Shown here one piece after another: positions 1-9,705 of a stretch of 64,000 nucleotides of DNA; the stretch's first letter is position 1, and every line of letters starts with the position of its first letter. The translations under genes were made by a program, and so were the position numbers. The notes under the pieces are model-generated. The model was not told the DNA's origin. It saw only the letters and a list, made by a program, of their open reading frames with translations, and ran no database searches. This DNA is from an uncultured Microbacterium sp. (GTDB taxonomy: Bacteria; Actinomycetota; Actinomycetes; Actinomycetales; Microbacteriaceae), in contig NZ_CAURWX010000003.1 in the NCBI RefSeq assembly GCF_963528945.1, positions 265,674-329,673 on the forward strand, read 5' to 3'.

Positions 1-270
1 TCAGCGCGAGAGCCCTCGCGCGATCACCCATACGGCGCTGCCGACCACGGCGGCCGCGGCCACGGCGACGGCGATCGCACCGGCCGGGTTGCGGTCGGCC
101 ATCGTGCGCAGACGCACGGCCGCACGCTTCGAGGCCTTGTCGAGCCGACGGGGCACGTTGCCCTTGATCTCGATCGCGGCCAGCGCCGCCTTCAGCTCGG
201 CCCGCGCCGAGAGCACGGGGTCGACGATCCCGGCGGGGACCGCGGTGTTCGGCAGGTCAGAACTCGTCAT
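1..270 (-). CDS. DUF3618-like small membrane-anchored protein
   Basis: 89-aa ORF with a hydrophilic N-half and a C-terminal hydrophobic helix (AIAVAVAAAAVVGSAVWVIA). It overlaps the upstream holin-like ORF by 14 nt, which suggests an operon. Confidence 0.55.
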   Translation of the reverse strand: MTSSDLPNTAVPAGIVDPVLSARAELKAALAAIEIKGNVPRRLDKASKRAAVRLRTMADRNPAGAIAVAVAAAAVVGSAVWVIARGLSR

Positions 271-667
271 TGTCGCCGGCCTCCTTCACGATGCGGACGT
301 CGGTCTTGACGGCCTGGGCGGGGTTCTCGCGGCGCAGCACCTTGCGGAACTTCAGCACGCCGAGCAGAGCGAACAGCAGCGCGACGAGCAGCAGACCGCC
401 GAACACGACGATCGCCGACAGCCACACCGGCCACCACGAGGCGATTCCGGCGATGGCGAAGACCAGCAGCACGGGGATCGCCCAGAACAGGAAGAACAGC
501 GCGACGACGAACCACAGCGATCCGACGCCGGCGTCCTTCGCCGTACGCGACACCCAGGCCTTGGCGGCGTTGATCTCGGCCTTGACCAGGTTCGAGACGA
601 GCTCGGGCAGGTCGCCGATCAGCGAGAGGAAGCTGTCATCGGCCCGATCGCGGTACCCGCGGGGCAC
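257..667 (-). CDS. holin-X / phage-holin-3_6 family membrane protein (actinobacterial stress-cluster type)
   Basis: 136 aa with two long hydrophobic helices (LWFVVALFFLFWAIPVLLVFAIAGI; LSAIVVFGGLLLVALLFALLGVL). Tightly packed between two small ORFs on the same strand. Confidence 0.55.
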   Translation of the reverse strand: MPRGYRDRADDSFLSLIGDLPELVSNLVKAEINAAKAWVSRTAKDAGVGSLWFVVALFFLFWAIPVLLVFAIAGIASWWPVWLSAIVVFGGLLLVALLFALLGVLKFRKVLRRENPAQAVKTDVRIVKEAGDNDEF

Positions 668-670
668 CGA

Positions 671-1087
671 TCAGCCCTCGGACTTCTTGGCCGCCGACGC
701 AGCGGGCTTCGACGTGCCGGAGGCGGACGGCTGGGCCGACGATCCCGACTTCGACGAGACCTTATCCTTGACGTCCTCCGCCGCATCCTCGATGTCGTCG
801 GCGACGTCCTTGCCCGCGGCGATGACCGAGTCGAGCTTCTGCCCGGGGGTCTTGTCGCTGCCGACGGACTTGACGATCTTCACCGCGCCGTTCCAGACGG
901 CACCGGGCACCGCGGCGGCCTTGTCGCCCACGAAGCCCTTCACCTGGTCGACGCGCTCCTGCACGGGGTCCATGTTCCAGACCTTGAGCCACTGCGTCTT
1001 GATCTGCTCGTAGCGCTCCTGTCCGGCGCGCGTTCCGAGGACGTAGCCGGCTCCGAGTCCGACGATGAGTCCGATCTTCCCCTTCAT
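671..1087 (-). CDS. YtxH-like small protein with N-terminal anchor
   Basis: 138 aa with an N-terminal GLIVGLGAGYVLG helix followed by a charged, low-complexity tail. GAGGAG RBS upstream. The stop lies 3 nt from the next ORF start. Confidence 0.5.
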   Translation of the reverse strand: MKGKIGLIVGLGAGYVLGTRAGQERYEQIKTQWLKVWNMDPVQERVDQVKGFVGDKAAAVPGAVWNGAVKIVKSVGSDKTPGQKLDSVIAAGKDVADDIEDAAEDVKDKVSSKSGSSAQPSASGTSKPAASAAKKSEG

Positions 1088-1232
1088 GGGGTCTCCTCAC
1101 GTTGTTCCGGTCGAGCCGCAGGCGTTCGATCCCCGTCGGCCAGGTCACCAGAGTAACGCCGTATGCCCGTTTCGGCATCTACGGCTCTGGGGGTTGACAG
1201 GCCGGGGCGATCCGGTCAGGTCGCGCGGCTCG

Positions 1233-2792
1233 TCAGTCCCAGAGCAGCGCGCGACGCAGGCGGTCGGTCTCGTCGACGGCATCCGGCACCACCTGGGCGA
1301 GCCCCGTCCCGGCGAGCCAGGCGCCGACCGCGGCGAGACCCGGCACCGCACGTACGGCGGCGCGCGCGGCATCCCGACGCTCTCCCGAACCGATGACCGA
1401 CGCCGGCTGCGCCTGCACGTACCGCGCACGGTGCGCGGCGACGACGGCGGCGGGTGCGATGTCGACGCCGAGCAGGACGGATGCCTCGCGCCGGGCGAGG
1501 TCGGCGGCCGCCTCGTCGTCGAGCACCGCGGTGGCCGCGGGTTCACCCTGCGCACCGAACGAGACGCGCACCACATGGCGCGAACCGGCCGCCCGACGCA
1601 CCCACTCCCACTTCGCAGTCGAGTGGGTGAGCGCCTTGGCGATGCTGCTGCCGGGCACGGTGAGCACGCCGGTGCCGCGGGGCGCGGCGTCGAGCGCCGG
1701 GGCGTCGAGCAGCAGGGTCACGACCTCGATCTCGGGGGCCACGGCATCCGACGCCTCAGCCAAGGCGGGCACGGTGTCGGCCAGGAGCGCGCGGGCCGTG
1801 CGCTCGTCGACCGCCATCACGAGGGCGTCGGCGAGGAGGTCCTCCACCGGGGCGGCGGTGCCGGAAGCGGAAGTGGTCGGCGCGTCGGGCGCGGTCTCGT
1901 CGACGGCGGGGAGCGCGTCGTCGATCGGGGCGGCGTCGGCATCCTGCGCGTCCGGTGCCGCGTCGACCGTGAGGCGCCACCCGTCGCCCTGTCGCGCGAT
2001 CCCGCGCACGGGCGTGACCGTGCGCACCTCCACCCGGAACGTCGAGAGGTCGCGCAGCAGGGCGTCGACGAGCTGCGTCATGCCGCCGTCCAGTCCCTCG
2101 ACCGCGGCGCCGGGCTTCCGATCGACGGTACGCGCCGCACTCTCCTCCTTGAGCGCCTGCACCGCGCCCGCCAGCGAGCCGACGCGGGTGAGGGCGGCGT
2201 TGAGACCCGGGGCGGCGACGTCGACGTCGATGTCGTCGGGGGTGGCGGAGTAGACGCCGGTCGTCACGGGGGCGACGAGACGGTCGCGCACCTTGCGCCC
2301 CATGCGCGAGGCGACGAGGGCGCCGAGGCTGTGCTGGTGCCCGATCGTCAGCGGAGGACGCAGTCGGTCGAGGTAGGCGCGCCACACGCCGGACCACCCG
2401 AGAATGCGGCGGACGTCGGGCTGGAAGGGGTTGCCCGGGATGCCGAGGATCCCCCCGACCGGAAGGGGGGCCGCGCCGATGCCGGGGATGCCCGCGAGCC
2501 AGGCCCCGCCCGGAGCCGGGGGCACGATGCGGTCGGCGATCCCGAGCTCGGTCAGCAGGGCGCGCACGTGCCCGCCGCGGGTCGCGAAGCTCTCCGCCCC
2601 GGCATCCACCCGGACGCCGTCGAGCTCGGCCGCGCGGATCGCGCCGCCCGGAGCATCCGACGCCTCCAGCACGGTCACCCGCATGCCGACCTTCGCGCAC
2701 TCGCGGGCGGCGATGAGGCCTCCGATACCGCCGCCGACCACGACGACGTGCTTCTCGGCGGCGCGGGCGGCGAGTTCGTGGGGCTCGGTCAT
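1233..2792 (-). CDS. hemY: protoporphyrinogen/coproporphyrinogen III oxidase (HemY/CgoX family, FAD-dependent)
   Basis: N-terminal dinucleotide fold VVVVGGGIGGLIAARE and ~519 aa length. Sits directly downstream of hemE. GGAGG RBS before the ATG at 2792. The longer ORF-track extension to 5165 is antisense to hemE/hemA. Confidence 0.85.
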   Translation of the reverse strand: MTEPHELAARAAEKHVVVVGGGIGGLIAARECAKVGMRVTVLEASDAPGGAIRAAELDGVRVDAGAESFATRGGHVRALLTELGIADRIVPPAPGGAWLAGIPGIGAAPLPVGGILGIPGNPFQPDVRRILGWSGVWRAYLDRLRPPLTIGHQHSLGALVASRMGRKVRDRLVAPVTTGVYSATPDDIDVDVAAPGLNAALTRVGSLAGAVQALKEESAARTVDRKPGAAVEGLDGGMTQLVDALLRDLSTFRVEVRTVTPVRGIARQGDGWRLTVDAAPDAQDADAAPIDDALPAVDETAPDAPTTSASGTAAPVEDLLADALVMAVDERTARALLADTVPALAEASDAVAPEIEVVTLLLDAPALDAAPRGTGVLTVPGSSIAKALTHSTAKWEWVRRAAGSRHVVRVSFGAQGEPAATAVLDDEAAADLARREASVLLGVDIAPAAVVAAHRARYVQAQPASVIGSGERRDAARAAVRAVPGLAAVGAWLAGTGLAQVVPDAVDETDRLRRALLWD

Positions 2793-2863
2793 GCCTCCAT
2801 CCTCCCATCGCCCTCCTCCGCGCCCGCCGGGGATAGCCGTGCGGGGCGTGGCGCGACCGCCGG

Positions 2864-3892
2864 TCAGGCCTGCTGCGCGTGCACGAGCTCCACGATGCGG
2901 GTGAGCTGATCGGGGTCGGTCTCGGGCGGCACGCCGTGGCCGAGGTTCACGATGTGGGCCCGCGCGGCGCGGCCCCGCGCCAGCACGTCGAGCACGTGCG
3001 CCTCGAGCACCGGCCACGGCGCCGACATCAGCGCCGGGTCGATGTTGCCCTGCACGGTCACGTCGGGTCCGAGCAGCGCCGCGGCCTCGTCGAGCGGCTG
3101 ACGCCAGTCGACACCCACGGCATCGGCCGCGCCGTCGAGGCGCATGTCGGCGAGGAAGGGCCCCGTGCCGACCCCGAAGTGGATGCTCGGCAGACCGATT
3201 CCCTCGAGCGCGACGCGCGAGTGCGGCTGCACATATGCGCGGTAATCGGAGCGGCTCAGGCCGCCGGCCCACGAGTCGAACAGCTGCACGGCGGATGCTC
3301 CGGCGTCGCGCTGCGCGGCGAGGAACACGCGAGACACCTGCGCGAGCCAACCGGCGAGGCGGTTCCACGAGTCGGGGTCGGCGTGCATCATGGCCCTGGC
3401 GCGCAGGTGCTCCTTCGACGGGCCGCCCTCGACGAGGTAGGCGGCGAGCGTGAACGGGGCCCCGGCGAATCCGATCAAGGGGGTGTCGCCCAGCTCGGCG
3501 ACGGTCAGGCGAACGGCTTCGGCGATGGCCGAGGAGTCGAGCGACTGCGGGTCGATGGCCGTGATGCGGTCGACATCGGCCGCCGTGCGCACCGGATCGG
3601 CGAACACCGGTCCGCGACCCGGCTCGATCTCGACGTCGACCCCTGCGAGGCGCAGCGGGATGACGATGTCGCTGAAGAACACGGCCGCGTCGACGCCGTG
3701 GCGACGCACCGGCTGCAGCGTGATCTCGGCGGCGAGGTCGGGGGTGAGGCAGGCGTCGAGCATCCGCGTGCCCACCCGCAGCTCGCGGTACTCGGGCAGC
3801 GAGCGGCCGGCCTGGCGCATGAACCAGACGGGCGTCGTGGCGGGGCGGTCGCCGGCGAGGGCGCGCAGGAGCGGAGCGTCGGAGAGGGGCAT
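2864..3892 (-). CDS. hemE: uroporphyrinogen decarboxylase
   Basis: [17 protein letters not shown] signature near the N-terminus. The ATG at 3892 has a GAGGA RBS. The alternative GTG at 3913 would add 7 aa. Confidence 0.9.
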   Translation of the reverse strand: MPLSDAPLLRALAGDRPATTPVWFMRQAGRSLPEYRELRVGTRMLDACLTPDLAAEITLQPVRRHGVDAAVFFSDIVIPLRLAGVDVEIEPGRGPVFADPVRTAADVDRITAIDPQSLDSSAIAEAVRLTVAELGDTPLIGFAGAPFTLAAYLVEGGPSKEHLRARAMMHADPDSWNRLAGWLAQVSRVFLAAQRDAGASAVQLFDSWAGGLSRSDYRAYVQPHSRVALEGIGLPSIHFGVGTGPFLADMRLDGAADAVGVDWRQPLDEAAALLGPDVTVQGNIDPALMSAPWPVLEAHVLDVLARGRAARAHIVNLGHGVPPETDPDQLTRIVELVHAQQA

Positions 3893-3962
3893 GCTCCCAT
3901 CCTCGCATCGCACGCTTGTGCGGATGCCGTGCCCTCACGGCCGACCTCGACGTGCGCTGCGG

Positions 3963-3968
3963 TAGAAT
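3963..3968 (+). promoter_or_regulatory. -10 hexamer TAGAAT, 6 nt before the hemA GTG (leaderless layout)
   Basis: TAGAAT-N6-GTG(3975) with no Shine-Dalgarno sequence. Confidence 0.45.
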
Positions 3969-3974
3969 CGAAGG

Positions 3975-5288
3975 GTGCTGCTGTGTGTCACGGCGAGTCA
4001 CAAGACCGCCAGCTTCGATCTGCTCGAACGCCTGAGCCGCACCCCCCACGATGTCGCCCCCACTCTCGTGGGGATGGCCCCGTGCGTGCAGGGTGCGGTC
4101 GTTCTCGCGACGTGCAATCGCTTCGAGGCGTACGTGGAAATGGACGAGCCGGTCACCGCTGCCGGTGCGATCGGCGTCGAAGCCGTGCTCGAGGCCGTCG
4201 AATCGGCCACCGGGGTTCCGGCATCCGAACTCGACGGCGCCTACGCCGTGCACTCCGGCCGCCACGTCGCCGAGCACCTCTTCTCGGTCGCGTCCGGCCT
4301 CGAGTCCGTCGTCTCCGGAGAGGGCGAGATCGCCGGTCAGGTGCGACGGGCACTGAAGTCGGCCCGCAAGGAGGGCACGACCTCGCCCGAGCTCGAGCGC
4401 CTCTTCCAGCGCGCCAGCCAGGCGCAGCGCAAGGTCAAGAACGTCACCGCCCTCGGCCGCGCCGGGCGTTCGCTGGTGCGTCTGGCCCTCGAACTCGCCG
4501 ACAGCCGCATCGCCGACTGGTCGGCCGAGCGCGTGCTGCTGGTGGGCACCGGCGCCTACGCGGCCGTGACCCTCGCCACGCTGCGCGAGCGCGGAGCGGT
4601 CGACATCTCGGTCTACTCGCCCTCGGGTCGCGCCGAGATCTTCGCCGCGAAGCACGGCATCCGTCCGGTCGCCGAAGCCGAGTACGCGCGCACCGCCGCC
4701 CGCTCCAGCCTGCTCATCACGTGCACGTCGGCCACCGAGCCGGTGCTCGGCCCCCAGCACCTGCAGGCCCCGACCGGACCGACCGCCGTCGGCTGCCCGG
4801 TCGCCCACGGCTCGCAGCTCGTTATCGACCTCGGCATGCCGCGCAACGTCGATCCGGCGATCGCGACGGTCGAGGGCGTCGCGCTGCTCGACCTCGAGAC
4901 CATCCGCCTGCACGCTCCGCTCGAAGAGCTGCAGGCGACGGATGCGGCACGCGATGTCGTGCGCGAGGCCGCCGAGACCTTCCACGTCGTGGGTTCGCGT
5001 CAGAGCGTGACGCCCGCCGTCATCGCGCTGCGTTCGCACATCTTCTCGCTGCTCGACGGCGAGATCGATCGCGCCCGAGCCCGCGGCGACGAAGACGGCA
5101 AGGTCGAGCAGGCCCTGCGCCACCTCGCCGGCGTGCTGCTGCACACCCCGACCACTCGTGCGCACGAGCTCGCCGCATCGGGCCGTGCAGACGACTTCAC
5201 CGCCGCGCTCGAGACGCTGTACGGCCTGTCGCCCGAGGCCCCGGCCGTCGCCGCCGTCGATCCGCTCGACGACGCCGCCTCGGCCTGA
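3975..5288 (+). CDS. hemA: glutamyl-tRNA reductase
   Basis: LLCVTASHKTASFDLLERL and ATCNRFEAY motifs, 437 aa. Divergent from hemE. Confidence 0.9.
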   Translation: MLLCVTASHKTASFDLLERLSRTPHDVAPTLVGMAPCVQGAVVLATCNRFEAYVEMDEPVTAAGAIGVEAVLEAVESATGVPASELDGAYAVHSGRHVAEHLFSVASGLESVVSGEGEIAGQVRRALKSARKEGTTSPELERLFQRASQAQRKVKNVTALGRAGRSLVRLALELADSRIADWSAERVLLVGTGAYAAVTLATLRERGAVDISVYSPSGRAEIFAAKHGIRPVAEAEYARTAARSSLLITCTSATEPVLGPQHLQAPTGPTAVGCPVAHGSQLVIDLGMPRNVDPAIATVEGVALLDLETIRLHAPLEELQATDAARDVVREAAETFHVVGSRQSVTPAVIALRSHIFSLLDGEIDRARARGDEDGKVEQALRHLAGVLLHTPTTRAHELAASGRADDFTAALETLYGLSPEAPAVAAVDPLDDAASA

Positions 5289-5341
5289 CGCCGCGACCCG
5301 CCCGCCACGTCGGCGCGCGGGACCGGTGGGAGAATGAGGGC

Positions 5342-5917
5342 ATGGCCCTGCACATCACCGGAGACGACGCCGCCGACGCGCTCCTGACCGACAACCCGCT
5401 CGCACTGCTGGTCGGCATGCTGCTCGATCAGCAGATCCCGATGGAGACCGCGTTCACCGGTCCGCTCAAGATCGAGCAGCGCACGGGAGCAGCGGATGCC
5501 CGGGCGATCGCCGGCATGGACCCGGAGACGTTCCTCGAGGCGTTCAAGACGACGCCGGCGGTGCACCGCTTCCCGGGGTCGATGGCGGCGCGCGTGCAGA
5601 CGCTGTGCCAGACGATCGTCGACGACTGGGACGGCGACGCCGCGGCGATCTGGACCGAGGGCGACCCGGACGGCGCCGAGGTGCGGAAGCGACTCGAGGC
5701 CCTTCCCGGTTTCGGCGAGCAGAAGGCGAAGATCTTCCTCGCGCTGCTCGGCAAGCAGTACGGCTTCACCGGTGCGGGCTGGCGCGAAGCCGCCGGCGAC
5801 TACGGCGACGAGGGCTCGTTCCGCAGCGTCGCCGACATCGTCTCGCCCGAATCGCTGACGAAGGTACGCGAGCACAAGAAGGCGATGAAGGCCGCCGCGA
5901 AGGCCGCCAAGGCCTGA
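5342..5917 (+). CDS. HhH-GPD-type base-excision DNA repair protein
   Basis: 191 aa with LLDQQIPMETAF and a helix-hairpin-helix region LPGFGEQKAKIFLALLGK. Confidence 0.7.
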   Translation: MALHITGDDAADALLTDNPLALLVGMLLDQQIPMETAFTGPLKIEQRTGAADARAIAGMDPETFLEAFKTTPAVHRFPGSMAARVQTLCQTIVDDWDGDAAAIWTEGDPDGAEVRKRLEALPGFGEQKAKIFLALLGKQYGFTGAGWREAAGDYGDEGSFRSVADIVSPESLTKVREHKKAMKAAAKAAKA

Positions 5918-6026
5918 CGCACGCCCCCGACGACGACGCCACCGACGACCACGCCCCCACCGCCGCAGCCACCGCGCGGGCGGCGACTGTCGGAGGCGAG
6001 GGCGTCGGATCGGACCGGATGCCGGG

Positions 6027-7412
6027 TCAGGCGCCCTTCAGGCGCTCGGCGAGGTAGGCGTGCAGCTCGTCGATCGAGACGCGCTCCTGCGCCATGGTGT
6101 CGCGGTCGCGCACCGTGACGGCGCGGTCGTCGAGCGAGTCGAAGTCGACCGTGACGCAGAACGGGGTGCCGATCTCGTCCTGGCGGCGGTAGCGGCGACC
6201 GATCGCACCGGCGTCGTCGAAGTCGGTCGCCCAGGAGCCGCGCAGCGTGTCGGCGACCTCGCGCGCGAGCGGCGAGAGGCGCTCGTTGCGCGACAGCGGC
6301 AGCACCGCGGCCTTGACGGGTGCGAGGCGCGGGTCGAGCTTCAGCACGGTGCGCACGTCGGTGCCGCCCTTGGCGTTGGGCACCTCCTCTTCGCGGTACG
6401 CGTCGACGAGGAAGGCCATCATGGCGCGGGTCAGACCGAACGACGGCTCGATCACGTACGGCGTGTAGCGCTCGCCGGTCGCCTGGTCGAAGTACGTCAG
6501 GCTCTGGCCGGATGCCTCGCTGTGGCTGGAGAGGTCGTAGTCGGTGCGGTTGGCGACACCCATGAGCTCGCCCCACTCCTTGCCCTGGAAGCCGAACTTG
6601 TACTCGACGTCGATCGTGCCGGCGGAGTAGTGCGCCCGGTCGTCTTCGGGCACGTCGAACTGACGCATGTTCTCGGGGTCGATGCCGAGGTCGATGAACC
6701 AGTTCCAGCACGCGTCGACCCAGTGCTGGAACCACTCCGGTGCGTCGGCGGGCGGGGTGAAGAACTCGATCTCCATCTGCTCGAACTCGCGCGTGCGGAA
6801 GATGAAGTTGCCGGGGGTGATCTCGTTGCGGAACGCCTTGCCGACCTGACCGATGCCGAACGGGGGCTTCTTGCGGCTCGCGGTGAGCACGTTCGAGAAG
6901 TTCACGAAGATGCCCTGCGCGGTCTCGGGGCGCAGGTAGTACAGGCCCGACTCGTCGTCGACGACGCCGAGGTAGGTCTTCACGAGGCCCGAGAACGACT
7001 TGGGCTCGGTGTACTGCCCCTTCGTGCCGCAGTTCGGGCAGGGCACGTCGGCGAGACCGTTCTCGGCCTTGCGACCCTTGCGCGCCTCGAAGTCCTCGAC
7101 GAGGTTGTCGGCGCGGAACCGCTTGTGGCAGCTCAGGCACTCGACCAGCGGGTCGGTGAAGGTCGCGACGTGACCGGATGCCTCCCACACGCGCTTCGGC
7201 AGGATGATGCTCGAGTCGAGGCCGACCATGTCGCCGCGGCCGCGCACGAACGTCTGCCACCACTGGCGGCGGATGTTCTCCTTGAGCTCGGTCCCGAGGG
7301 GGCCGTAGTCCCAGGCCGAACGCGAACCGCCGTAGATCTCACCCGCTTGGAACACGAACCCGCGGTGGCGGGCGAGGGCGATGACCTTGTCGAGGCGGGA
7401 CTGTTCGGCCAT
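6027..7412 (-). CDS. glyQS: glycine--tRNA ligase (class II, alpha2 type)
   Basis: 461 aa with [15 protein letters not shown] and [12 protein letters not shown] motifs. GGAG RBS before the ATG at 7412. Confidence 0.95.
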   Translation of the reverse strand: MAEQSRLDKVIALARHRGFVFQAGEIYGGSRSAWDYGPLGTELKENIRRQWWQTFVRGRGDMVGLDSSIILPKRVWEASGHVATFTDPLVECLSCHKRFRADNLVEDFEARKGRKAENGLADVPCPNCGTKGQYTEPKSFSGLVKTYLGVVDDESGLYYLRPETAQGIFVNFSNVLTASRKKPPFGIGQVGKAFRNEITPGNFIFRTREFEQMEIEFFTPPADAPEWFQHWVDACWNWFIDLGIDPENMRQFDVPEDDRAHYSAGTIDVEYKFGFQGKEWGELMGVANRTDYDLSSHSEASGQSLTYFDQATGERYTPYVIEPSFGLTRAMMAFLVDAYREEEVPNAKGGTDVRTVLKLDPRLAPVKAAVLPLSRNERLSPLAREVADTLRGSWATDFDDAGAIGRRYRRQDEIGTPFCVTVDFDSLDDRAVTVRDRDTMAQERVSIDELHAYLAERLKGA

Positions 7413-7537
7413 GGTGGCTCCAATGGTCGGATGCGGGTGAGGAGGCGGCACACGCGAGGGCGCGGCATCCTCATTCTATCCGCGCACCCCCGCGCCGCTC
7501 CCGGCGTCAACCCCTCGCCGCGTTCCACGCCGCGGAC

Positions 7538-7543
7538 TACCGT
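7538..7543 (+). promoter_or_regulatory. -10-like TACCGT, 6 nt before the ATG of the POT transporter
   Basis: TACCGT-N6-ATG(7550) with no RBS. Confidence 0.35.
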
Positions 7544-7549
7544 CGAGCC

Positions 7550-9019
7550 ATGAGCACGACGGCGCAGCCCCGCAGGAACCGCGACGACGACACCCGCTTC
7601 TTCGGGCAGCCGTGGTCGCTCGTGCACATCTTCGGAGTGGAGATGTGGGAGCGGTTCAGCTTCTACGGCATGCAGGGCATCCTGCTCATCTACCTCTACT
7701 TCTCGATCGAGGACGGCGGCCTCGGCATCCCCAAGGCGGTCGCCGGCGGCATCCTCGGCGCGTACGGCGGCTCGGTGTACCTCGCGACGGTCCTCGGCGC
7801 ATGGCTCGCCGACCGGCTGTTCGGGGCCGAGCGCGTGCTGTTCGCGAGCGCGATCGTGATCGTCGCCGGGCACGCCGCCCTCGCTCTGCTGCCCGGATTC
7901 GTGGGCGTCGGCGTGGGTCTGGTGCTCGTCGCGCTCGGGTCGGGCGGACTGAAGGCGAACGCCACCGCCGTGGTGGGCACGCTCTACCGCGCGGAGGACG
8001 TGCGGCGAGACGCCGGCTTCTCGCTGTTCTACCTCGGCATCAACCTCGGCGCTTTCCTCGGCCCGCTCCTCACCGGGCTGCTGCAGGAAAGGGCGGGGTT
8101 CCACTGGGGCTTCGGACTCGCCGCGGTCGGGATGGCCGCGGGACTGGTGCAGTACGCCTTCGGCCGCCGCAGCCTTCCCGACGAGGCGCGCCGGGTCGCG
8201 AACCCGCTCCCGGCCGCACGTCGCCCGCTGGTGTGGGGCGTGGGCGTCGGAGCGGTCGTGCTGATCGCCGCGCTCGTGCTCCTCGGTGTCATCCGCGCCG
8301 ACAACCTCGCTGCCATCGTCATCGCCGTGACGGTCGTCGCCGCGGTCGCGTACTTCGCGGTGATCCTTACCAGCCGGCGCATCGACGCCACCGAACGTTC
8401 CCGGGTGTGGGGCTTCCTGCCACTGTTCATCACGTCCGTCGCGTTCTGGTCGCTCTACCAGCAGCAGTTCACGGTGCTGACGGTGTACTCCGACGAGCGG
8501 CTGAACCGCGACCTCTTCGGCTGGGAGATGCCCGTGTCGTGGGTGCAGTCGATCAACCCCGTCTTCATCATCATCCTGTCCGGCGTGTTCGCCGCGATCT
8601 GGACACGACTGGGGGCGCGCCAGCCGTCGACCCCGGTGAAGTTCGGCCTCGCCGCGATCATCATGGGATCGGCGTTCCTGCTGTTCCTCCCCTTCTCGGG
8701 CGGGGGCGCGAACTCCACGCCGCTCCTGGGCATCGTCGGCATCCTGTTCGTGTTCACCGTGGCCGAGCTGCTGCTGTCGCCGGTGGGACTCTCGGTCACC
8801 ACGAAGCTCGCCCCGACGGTGTTCCACACGCAGATGGTGGCCCTATTCTTCCTCTCGGTCGCGCTCGGCACCGCGATTTCGGGCTGGCTGGTGCAGTACT
8901 ACGACCCGCAGAACGAAGTGCCCTACTTCTCGATCCTCGGCGCGATCGCGATCGTGGTGGGCATCGGACTCCTGCTCGCGGTGAAGCCGGTGCTGCGGCT
9001 CATGCGCGGGGTTCGCTGA
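7550..9019 (+). CDS. proton-dependent oligopeptide transporter (POT/PTR2, DtpT-like)
   Basis: 489 aa with the ExxERFSFYG motif (VEMWERFSFYGMQGIL) and multiple TM segments. Confidence 0.85.
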   Translation: MSTTAQPRRNRDDDTRFFGQPWSLVHIFGVEMWERFSFYGMQGILLIYLYFSIEDGGLGIPKAVAGGILGAYGGSVYLATVLGAWLADRLFGAERVLFASAIVIVAGHAALALLPGFVGVGVGLVLVALGSGGLKANATAVVGTLYRAEDVRRDAGFSLFYLGINLGAFLGPLLTGLLQERAGFHWGFGLAAVGMAAGLVQYAFGRRSLPDEARRVANPLPAARRPLVWGVGVGAVVLIAALVLLGVIRADNLAAIVIAVTVVAAVAYFAVILTSRRIDATERSRVWGFLPLFITSVAFWSLYQQQFTVLTVYSDERLNRDLFGWEMPVSWVQSINPVFIIILSGVFAAIWTRLGARQPSTPVKFGLAAIIMGSAFLLFLPFSGGGANSTPLLGIVGILFVFTVAELLLSPVGLSVTTKLAPTVFHTQMVALFFLSVALGTAISGWLVQYYDPQNEVPYFSILGAIAIVVGIGLLLAVKPVLRLMRGVR

Positions 9020-9038
9020 GGCCGGCTGACCTCCCGCT

Positions 9039-9103
9039 GAGACACCACTTCCGCCGCGAGACACCACGGGCGACGCGATGTGTCACGGCGCGGGTGGTGT
9101 CTC
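9039..9103. repeat. hairpin repeat family C, copy 1 (GAGACACCAC-N9-GAGACACCAC-N26-GTGGTGTCTC)
   Basis: Direct copies at 9039-9048 and 9058-9067, inverted copy at 9094-9103. Same geometry as the copies at 22272 and 42901. Confidence 0.85.
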
Positions 9104-9139
9104 ACCGGCGGTGTCGGATGCCGGTGGCAGACTCGGCGC

Positions 9140-9553
9140 ATGGAACAGCGCGTCAGCTTCATCACCCTCGCCATCGCCGATGTGGAGCGGAGTCGCGCGT
9201 TCTACGTCGACGGGCTCGGCTGGGAGCCGATCTTCGCCGGTGACGACGTGCTCATGCTCCCCGTCGCTGACCGGCTGATCCTGTCACTGTGGTCGATCGA
9301 GGGATTCACCGCCGAGATCGGCGAGGCACCGGCATCCGGCATCGCCCCGCTCACGCTCGCCCACAACCTGGCGACGCCCGCCGAGGTCGACGCAGTGCTC
9401 GCCGAGGCCGCCGCGCTGGGAGCGACGGTCAGCCCCGGCCGCCAACGGGAATGGGGTGGGTACTCCGGCTACTTCGCCGATCCCGACGGCTTCCGCTGGG
9501 AGATCGCGGTCAACCCCGGCGACACCGGCGCCTACGTACTCCCCCCGCACTGA
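9140..9553 (+). CDS. VOC (glyoxalase/bleomycin-resistance/dioxygenase) family protein
   Basis: 137 aa. FITLAIADVERSRAFYVDGLGW start and C-terminal FADPDGFRWEI are typical of the VOC fold. Confidence 0.8.
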   Translation: MEQRVSFITLAIADVERSRAFYVDGLGWEPIFAGDDVLMLPVADRLILSLWSIEGFTAEIGEAPASGIAPLTLAHNLATPAEVDAVLAEAAALGATVSPGRQREWGGYSGYFADPDGFRWEIAVNPGDTGAYVLPPH

Positions 9554-9588
9554 CCCCCTCCCCCCTCCCCCCTCCCCCGCTCCGCGGT

Positions 9589-9642
9589 GCGGGATCGATA
9601 TGTCAGGTTCCTGAGGCCTGTGACGTGCGTTTGTGATCCCGC
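9589..9642. repeat. hairpin repeat family A, copy 1 (GCGGGATC-N38-GATCCCGC)
   Basis: Arms at 9589-9596 and 9635-9642. A C-rich tract lies at about 9554-9580 (5' side). Confidence 0.85.
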
Positions 9643-9693
9643 ACCCGCCCCGCGGCGGACGGCGCCGACGGCCCCGGCCCCCGTCGGCACCGG

Positions 9694-9699
9694 TAGCCT
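9694..9699 (+). promoter_or_regulatory. -10-like TAGCCT, 6 nt before the GTG of the MFS gene
   Basis: TAGCCT-N6-GTG(9706). Confidence 0.35.
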
Positions 9700-9705
9700 T
9701 GATCG

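Noticed and set aside
257-667. A holin-family gene as a sign of a prophage or lysis cassette.
   Set aside because: There is no endolysin, terminase, capsid or integrase nearby. The gene sits in a three-gene cluster of small membrane or stress-type proteins next to core heme genes.
1233-5165. Very long ORFs overlapping annotated genes on the opposite strand or in other frames (for example 1233..5165 minus, 2879..5917 plus, 12247..14703 plus, 22888..25494 minus upstream part, 26426..29521 plus, 45456..48149 minus).
   Set aside because: At ~70% GC, stop codons are rare in non-coding frames. These ORFs are Arg/Ala/Pro/Gly-rich with no recognisable motifs. They lie antisense to, or out of frame with, genes that have clear family signatures. 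Only the motif-bearing portions were kept.
9554-9580. C-rich tracts (CCCCTCCCCCC...) as 6C-type small RNA loops.
   Set aside because: The 6C motif, as I recall it, is two hairpin loops of C-runs in a conserved locus. Here the C-tracts are long and unstructured on their own, often complementary to a G-tract across a hairpin, and partly coding. This cannot be settled without a covariance-model search.
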